The position numbers and the translations under genes were made by a program. Source: Arcobacteraceae bacterium (GTDB taxonomy: Bacteria; Campylobacterota; Campylobacteria; Campylobacterales; Arcobacteraceae). Taken from it: 64,000 bases of DNA. The notes below the pieces were generated by a model. That model was not told the DNA's origin and searched no databases. It was given only the letters and a program-made list of their open reading frames with translations. Shown here piece after piece: positions 58,291 to 64,000 of this stretch. The stretch covers positions 32,001 through 96,000 of the forward strand of contig OY759974.1 of assembly GCA_963662945.1 (NCBI GenBank), read 5' to 3'. Numbering within the stretch: position 1 is the first letter of the stretch; the number at the start of each line of letters is the position of its first letter.

Positions 58291-58435
58291 AAATCTTTTT
58301 AAATCTTTTTAAACCAACTTGTTCTATTAAATCTTGTTTTGCTATATTACAAGCATCACAACCACAATTTTTAGGTATATATAAAATTATTTTCTCATTT
58401 TCTTCTAATTGCATTTCACTTTTTCTTTTTAACAT
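58265..58435 (-). CDS. Unannotated 56-aa CxCxxC protein MLKRKSEMQLEENEKIILYIPKNCGCDACNIAKQDLIEQVGLKRFKKISRMVNLTF
   Basis: Translated by hand. AAAGGAA SD 5 nt before the ATG, TATACT -10 upstream, synonymous differences relative to the partial duplicate copy. Confidence 0.65.
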   Translation of the reverse strand: MLKRKSEMQLEENEKIILYIPKNCGCDACNIAKQDLIEQVGLKRFKKISRMVNLTF

Positions 58436-58466
58436 AAGTATTCCTTTTTCACTTTTAATGAGCGAA

Positions 58467-58499
58467 AGTATATAGATGAAAAGTTACAAAATCGTTACA
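58467..58499 (-). promoter_or_regulatory. OmpR/PhoB-type tandem repeat (TGTAAC-N5-TGTAAC) 10 bp upstream of a TATACT -10
   Basis: GTTACA at 58483-58488 and 58494-58499 (11-bp period); AGTATA at 58467-58472. Confidence 0.6.
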
Positions 58500-58703
58500 G
58501 AAAATTAAGGATAAGAAAAAGTTATTTTATTGTATTAGTTGTTATTTAACTTTTACTTATCATTTTAAAATCAAATTATTTTTCTAAAAATAGTAACAAT
58601 ATCTTTTTCAATAAATTGACAAAAATGTACATTTAAACTATCTCAAAGCTTGAAAGTTGTAAAAATCAACTTTTAAAACTAACTTTACACTTTTGGGGCA
58701 AAA

Positions 58704-59597
58704 ATGAAAATAGAAAAACTATATGACAAAGAGATAGAAGATATTTTAGAATACGATGATTTTCTAGAAGCTCTTAAAAACAATTCTTCAGAAGACTTTT
58801 TAAAAGATTTACATAGAAAGTATCAATACAGATCACAAGAAGAGTCACTTCGAGTTCTACAAGTAGAACTACTCAAACTGCAAGAACACCTTGAAAAACA
58901 CAATGAAAAGATGATAATACTAGTTGAGGGTAGGGATGCTTCTGGAAAAGGTGGAGCGATACGAAGAATCACACGATATATGAATGAAAAACACTATAGA
59001 GTAGTAGCACTTGGTAAACCTTCAGATGTGGAAAGAACTCAATGGTATTTTCAAAGATATATCCAACAGTTTCCAAAAGCTGGAGAAGTAGTTATCTTTG
59101 ATAGAAGTTGGTACAACAGATCGATGGTTGAGCCTGTATTTGGATTTTGTACACAAGAAGAGTACGAAACATTTATGAAAACTGTTACAAGATTTGAAGA
59201 AGATTTGATTACTCATGGTATTCACTTCTTAAAAATATATTTTTCTGTTTCAAAAGATGAACAAGCAAAAAGATTTGAAGAAAGAGAAGAAAACCCTCTA
59301 AAACAATGGAAACTAAGTGAAATAGATATCCAAATGCAAGAAAGATGGGATGAATTTACAGCAAAAAAATACAGAATGTTAAAAGAGACAAATACAAAAA
59401 AATCTCCTTGGACAATCATAAGAAGTGATGATAAATTTATAGCTAGATACAATGCTATAAAAACTATTTTAAATAAAGTTGACTACGAAGGGAGAGATGA
59501 AAGAATAGATTTCTCTGTAGATCCAGATATCGTTATCTCTGCTGAAAAAGAACTGGAAAATATGGATCAAACAGCAAATAAGACTTCACAAGGGTAA
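58704..59597 (+). CDS. ppk2: Polyphosphate kinase 2
   Basis: EGRDASGKGG, WYFQRY, FDRSWYNR, PLKQWKLS. Confidence 0.96.
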   Translation: MKIEKLYDKEIEDILEYDDFLEALKNNSSEDFLKDLHRKYQYRSQEESLRVLQVELLKLQEHLEKHNEKMIILVEGRDASGKGGAIRRITRYMNEKHYRVVALGKPSDVERTQWYFQRYIQQFPKAGEVVIFDRSWYNRSMVEPVFGFCTQEEYETFMKTVTRFEEDLITHGIHFLKIYFSVSKDEQAKRFEEREENPLKQWKLSEIDIQMQERWDEFTAKKYRMLKETNTKKSPWTIIRSDDKFIARYNAIKTILNKVDYEGRDERIDFSVDPDIVISAEKELENMDQTANKTSQG

Positions 59598-59618
59598 TGA
59601 AGTCTTAGCTTTTAAACT

Positions 59619-60221
59619 CTAAAGAAGTTTAAAAGTTCGTAAAACAGTTCTTGTTCCACCTGCAGCTATAGTTTGTTCTGCTCGGAAAGTAAGATCTGAC
59701 ATCTCTTTTAAAAGTGAATCAAAAAGCTCATCATAACTATATGTTGGATAATCACTTTGAAGTGCAAGTTTATTGTAGTCTGTATCTGTTAAGCCTTTTT
59801 TAGTCCATTTTTTCAAGGAATTATGAGAGATAGAGTAAGCAAAATTTATAAGTCGATTATCACTCTCTTGTGCATTTAAAATAACACCTCGAATTCCTTT
59901 GTCATTTAAAATATCGATAAAGGTATCATTGATATTTTCTGAGTGTATCACTACTGGCATATTATTTACCAAAACCAATTCGCTAGATTCTGTGATTCGA
60001 AGAGCCATACAGTTTTTATCTTTTTTATCTTTAAATTCAATAGGCAGAGTATATTTAAATCGTTCATATTCATTACAAATATTTTGAGTTTTTTCTAATT
60101 CTTCTTTTGTAGTAGGATTGATTATAAAATATTCTACTCTCGTATCTTCAATCAACTCTTCAAGTTCTTCCAAAAAATCCTCATCTATACCCTCTAATGC
60201 TATATTCATATCTAAAACCAT
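59619..60221 (-). CDS. Hypothetical protein, possibly a degenerate TatD-like fold
   Basis: PVVIHS and LALQSDYP resemble TatD PvviH and llETDaP; no N-terminal HxH. Confidence 0.5.
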   Translation of the reverse strand: MVLDMNIALEGIDEDFLEELEELIEDTRVEYFIINPTTKEELEKTQNICNEYERFKYTLPIEFKDKKDKNCMALRITESSELVLVNNMPVVIHSENINDTFIDILNDKGIRGVILNAQESDNRLINFAYSISHNSLKKWTKKGLTDTDYNKLALQSDYPTYSYDELFDSLLKEMSDLTFRAEQTIAAGGTRTVLRTFKLL

Positions 60222-60374
60222 ACGACCCCTTTAATATAATTGATTTTTATATGCATTTATTATACCTACAAATAATATGATATTTTTAAATTCCTGTAAC
60301 TGTTATGACTATATTTCTACCACTTGCATAACCTTGCCAAGTACCAAGATTTAGTTTTTCTTTTTGTATTATCT

Positions 60375-60887
60375 TCATTCTATACCGTTATACCATACTT
60401 TTGATTTATCAAATCGATTAACTTCTTTTAAAAAGTTGTCTTTGTATCCAAGAGCTACTAAACAAAGTGGTTTTATAGTTTGTGGGAGTTTAAAATAGTT
60501 TGTAATGAAATTTATCTTTTGTTCTCGTGGATGAATAGCAACCCAAACAGAACCTATCCCTAAATCTGTAGCGCTTAAAAGTATATTTTGTGTTGAAGCA
60601 CTTGCATCTTGTACCCAATATAATTCACTTAATTCATCATTCACTTCATAACATACTATGATGGCATGACTTGCATCTTTACACATCTTTCCATGTTCTA
60701 TATTTGAAGCTATATCACTAAGTATATTTACATCATCAACTACTATAAACCGAAAGCCCTGTTGATTTCTAGCTGTTGGTGCACACATTGCACACTCTAA
60801 AATAGTTTGAATATCTTGATTATCAATTTGTTTATCATTAAAAATACGGGTACTTCTTCTTTGTTTTATAGCTTCAATTGTATTCAT
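60375..60887 (-). CDS. Nitroreductase family protein
   Basis: RRSTRIF, APTARNQQ, QNILLSATDLGIGSVWV. Confidence 0.92.
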   Translation of the reverse strand: MNTIEAIKQRRSTRIFNDKQIDNQDIQTILECAMCAPTARNQQGFRFIVVDDVNILSDIASNIEHGKMCKDASHAIIVCYEVNDELSELYWVQDASASTQNILLSATDLGIGSVWVAIHPREQKINFITNYFKLPQTIKPLCLVALGYKDNFLKEVNRFDKSKVWYNGIE

Positions 60888-61079
60888 ATATTCCCTTTGA
60901 ATATTTTGATAAAAAGTATATCATCTTTTCATAATATTGAAATAAAAATCACTATTAACTTAAATAAAACTTAAAATATGTGACAATATTTATCTCTTGC
61001 TTTGTTATAATGGTAGTATATATAATAATTTTATCTCTTGGTAATATCTAATTATAATCAATTTTTGGAGGTTAGAATA

Positions 61080-63803
61080 GTGATATTAAAAATTTTTTTA
61101 TTAATCCTAATTACTATTAGTAGTTATTCTCAAGTTATTCTAAGCAAAGAGGAGCTTGATTATATAAAAAACAAGAAAGTCATTAAAGTATCAAATGAAT
61201 ATGACTATGAACCTTATGATTTTTCAAAAAATGGGAAAGAGAGAGGATATTCAATTGATTTACTTAATCTACTTCTAAAAAATACTGGTTTAAAAATTGA
61301 ATATGTAACAAAACCTTGGGATGAATTACTCAAAGATTTAAATGATAAAAAAATAGATCTATTACACACAATTTATAAAACACCTCAAAGAGAAAAAATA
61401 TACAATTATTCTGTAGGTTATTCCAAAACTATTCAAAGTTATATTATTAGACAGAATGACAACGATATAGAAGATATCAAACAACTTTTTGGAAAAACAA
61501 TTGGATTAAGTAAAGAATGGGTAGAAGAAAAAATCTTCAACAAATACCCAAAAATAAAAAAAATTTATTATACAAATTTGCAAGATAAATTAAACGCTTT
61601 ATCTAAGGGTGAAATAGATGCTATTATTAACAGTGCCAACGTTGCAAATTACTATATCAATAAATATGGCTATTCAAATTTAAAAGTTTCAACACCATTT
61701 AAAGAGGAACAAAGTATACAATTAGATGATCATCACTTTGTAACATTAAAAGACAACCCTTATTTAATCTCAATTCTCAATAAGGAATATGACAATTTAT
61801 CGATAGAAGAGATAGAAAAACTCAATAAAAAATGGTTTGGAAACCTCTCTCCATACAATGGTAAAATAAAAATACATCTAAGCTCAAAAGAAAAAGAATA
61901 TCTAAGAGACAAGCAAACTATTAAAATATGTATTGATCCTCAATGGATGCCTTTTGAATCCTTCGATCAAAATGGAAATTATATAGGTATTATTGCTGAC
62001 CATTATAAAGTTTTTGAAGAGTTGTTATCAGTCAAATTTCAAGCTCTCAAAACAAATTCTTGGACAGAAACATTAGAATATGCCAAACAAAAAAAATGTG
62101 ATATAGTATCTGTACTTATGGAAACTAATGAAAGAAAAGAGTATTTAAATTTTACAGCACCATATTTAACCATGCCACTAGTAATTGCTACTAAATTAAA
62201 TGTAACTTTTATTAATAATATAAACGAGCTAGCTGGTAAAAAGGTAGGTATTCCAAAAGGGTATTCTTTTGTTAAAATTTTTAAGGAAAAATATCCCTTT
62301 TTAAATATTATAGAAGTAGAAAATATTGATGATGGATTAAAGAAGCTTAAAAAAGGTGAGCTTTTTGCTTATTTCGGTACTTTACCAAGTATTATTTATA
62401 AACTTCAAAATAAATATGGTGGAGATTTAAAAATATCTGGAAAAATCGATGAACAATGGTCTCTTCGCATTGGTATAAGAAATGATGATATAGAACTTCT
62501 CAATATATTTCAAAAAGTTGTAGAAAATATGTCAGAACAATATAAAAGAGAAATTATCAATAAATGGGTATCTATTAAATACGAAAAAGGGATTAATTAT
62601 GAACTTCTTTGGAGTATTGTTGCTGTTTTTATTTTAATACTCGTTATTGTATTGTATTTTTTCAATAAACAAAGAAAATTTAACATTCAACTTAAAGAAC
62701 AAAAAGAGGAGTTTGAATCAATTTTTAAATACAGTAAAGATGGTATTGCTATACTTAATTTAGAATTTCAAATTTTAGATTGTAATGATGCTTATTTAGC
62801 TATTATAGGTTATGAAAAAGAAGAACTTCTTACCAAAAATTATTTAGACTTTTTTGATTCTAATATTAAAAATGAAATAGATAAACTCATAAAAGAAGTT
62901 TATTCCAAAGGTTTTGTAGATAACTTTAGTACTATATATATTAGTAAAAATGGGAAAAAAATTTATACAAATATCACTATTACTATGATGCCAGATAAAC
63001 AAAGATATTTATTAACTAGTAAAGATATTACCTCTACAAAATTATTAGAATCCCAATCTAAACTTGCTTTAATGGGTGAAATGATAGGAAATATTGCACA
63101 TCAATGGAGACAACCTCTTAGCGTTATTACTACAAGTGCTAGTGCTTTAAAAATTAGATTTAAATTTGATGAAAAAATGAACTTAGAAACGGTATCTGAT
63201 TTTTCAAATAAAATTGTAGAACAAGCAGAATATTTATCTCATACAATTGATGATTTTAAAAACTTCATAAAAGGAGATAAGGAGTATCGTAAAATCAGTA
63301 TCAAAAATATAATCAAAAGTACAATTAGTCTTACAAGTGCAACAATTAAAAATAATTTCATTAATTTAGTAACTTCGCTTCCTGATGATATCATCATATA
63401 TGGAAATAAAAATGAATTAGAACAAGCATTTATCAATATTATCAATAATGCAAAAGATCAATTAAAAGAAAAAGATATACCAGATGATCATAAATTTATT
63501 TTCATTTATACAAAACAGCATGATGACGGTTCGCTAGAAGTTTCTATAAGTGATAGTGGAGGGGGAATTCCTCTTGATATTATAGATAGAGTTTTTGAAC
63601 CATATTTTACAACAAAAGATAACTCTATTGGTACAGGTATTGGTTTATCAATGGTACATAAAATTATCACTGAAAGACATCAAGCGCAAATAAGTGTAAC
63701 AAATTTAGAATCTAAATATAATGAACACACCTATAAAGGCGCGTGTTTTTCTATAATATTTTCAAAAGCAGCAGATGAAGAAAATATAAAAAATGATAAA
63801 TAA
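61080..63803 (+). CDS. Sensor histidine kinase with two periplasmic solute-binding domains and a PAS domain (BvgS/EvgS-like input)
   Basis: Two SBP3-like domains (DYEPY, QWMPFE), TM, PAS, H-box [29 protein letters not shown]; probable GTG start at 61080 after GGAGG. Confidence 0.92.
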   Translation: MILKIFLLILITISSYSQVILSKEELDYIKNKKVIKVSNEYDYEPYDFSKNGKERGYSIDLLNLLLKNTGLKIEYVTKPWDELLKDLNDKKIDLLHTIYKTPQREKIYNYSVGYSKTIQSYIIRQNDNDIEDIKQLFGKTIGLSKEWVEEKIFNKYPKIKKIYYTNLQDKLNALSKGEIDAIINSANVANYYINKYGYSNLKVSTPFKEEQSIQLDDHHFVTLKDNPYLISILNKEYDNLSIEEIEKLNKKWFGNLSPYNGKIKIHLSSKEKEYLRDKQTIKICIDPQWMPFESFDQNGNYIGIIADHYKVFEELLSVKFQALKTNSWTETLEYAKQKKCDIVSVLMETNERKEYLNFTAPYLTMPLVIATKLNVTFINNINELAGKKVGIPKGYSFVKIFKEKYPFLNIIEVENIDDGLKKLKKGELFAYFGTLPSIIYKLQNKYGGDLKISGKIDEQWSLRIGIRNDDIELLNIFQKVVENMSEQYKREIINKWVSIKYEKGINYELLWSIVAVFILILVIVLYFFNKQRKFNIQLKEQKEEFESIFKYSKDGIAILNLEFQILDCNDAYLAIIGYEKEELLTKNYLDFFDSNIKNEIDKLIKEVYSKGFVDNFSTIYISKNGKKIYTNITITMMPDKQRYLLTSKDITSTKLLESQSKLALMGEMIGNIAHQWRQPLSVITTSASALKIRFKFDEKMNLETVSDFSNKIVEQAEYLSHTIDDFKNFIKGDKEYRKISIKNIIKSTISLTSATIKNNFINLVTSLPDDIIIYGNKNELEQAFINIINNAKDQLKEKDIPDDHKFIFIYTKQHDDGSLEVSISDSGGGIPLDIIDRVFEPYFTTKDNSIGTGIGLSMVHKIITERHQAQISVTNLESKYNEHTYKGACFSIIFSKAADEENIKNDK

Positions 63804-63806
63804 AAT

Positions 63807-64000
63807 CTATAGTTTTTTTACAACTATAGATTGTTTCATCATTTTATATAACTCATCAGTTCCATTTAAAAACTCATCATATTCCACAATTTCAAAACTA
63901 TCATCAAAAAAACTTTTTAATTCTCCTTCTTTGAGTAAAAAATCGGGATTTGAACTGTCTTTTTCATTGATTTTATGATCCATATAGGTTTCAATCAAGA
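63807..64000 (-). CDS. 3' part of a probable TehB-like SAM methyltransferase, 5' end outside the window
   Basis: IETY ... NPDFLLKEGEL ... FEIVEYDE resembles TehB-family C-termini; the frame runs off the window. Confidence 0.55.
   Translation of the reverse strand, partial: LIETYMDHKINEKDSSNPDFLLKEGELKSFFDDSFEIVEYDEFLNGTDELYKMMKQSIVVKKL

Larger units (their letters stand above)
57777..58387. repeat. Imperfect direct repeat pair (57777-57857 and 58283-58387) flanking the MNT gene
   Basis: 44-bp identical core ATATTACAAGCATCACAACCACAATTTTTAGGTATATATAAAAT at 57814-57857 and 58344-58387, plus shared CATTCTAGAAATCTTTTTAAA. Confidence 0.9.

Noticed and set aside
52857-58700. Intact integrative element or prophage at tRNA-Asn
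   Set aside because: No integrase and no duplicated tRNA 3' end (attR) found downstream within the window.
76-63978. Short antisense or overlapping ORFs in the track (e.g. 76-264, 3647-3934, 11763-12125, 23385-23795, 39432-39767, 50862-51221, 63793-63978)
   Set aside because: They lie opposite or inside well-supported genes and have no recognisable motifs; treated as shadow ORFs.

Overview
AT-rich chromosomal segment of a Campylobacterota bacterium, most likely Arcobacteraceae (inferred from hobA, the folP-holB-hobA-lysC-rppH and trpD-tsaE-lptB blocks, and gnTAnAAT-type promoters). It is mostly housekeeping genes (fumC, rsmH, acnB, speA, cysE, trpD, argG, queA, tatBC, ppk2, tRNA-Asn) with four accessory blocks. 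(1) A corrinoid uptake/salvage operon (btuB, a transcobalamin-like DUF4430 protein, btuFDC, cbiA, an unannotated 48-aa ORF, bluB, an APH-family kinase, cobD, cbiB). I see no cobalamin riboswitch in front of it. Instead there is a probably leaderless 56-aa uORF whose Ser-Pro-Pro codons are complementary to the btuB Shine-Dalgarno, a candidate ribosome-arrest switch and the most novel signal here. (2) A type I R-M locus with a Fic gene and 41-bp palindromic tandem repeats before hsdR. (3) An M20 peptidase plus two RimK-like ATP-grasp ligases, one fused to a helix-hairpin-helix domain. (4) An AT-rich islet after tRNA-Asn with an IS30 end remnant, a membrane protein, a Lit-like HExxH peptidase, a NERD/SEC-C nuclease and an MNT antitoxin with a decayed HEPN partner. 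It is followed by an unannotated 56-aa CxCxxC protein behind a pho-box-like promoter. All calls come from motif recognition by eye; no database searches were run.
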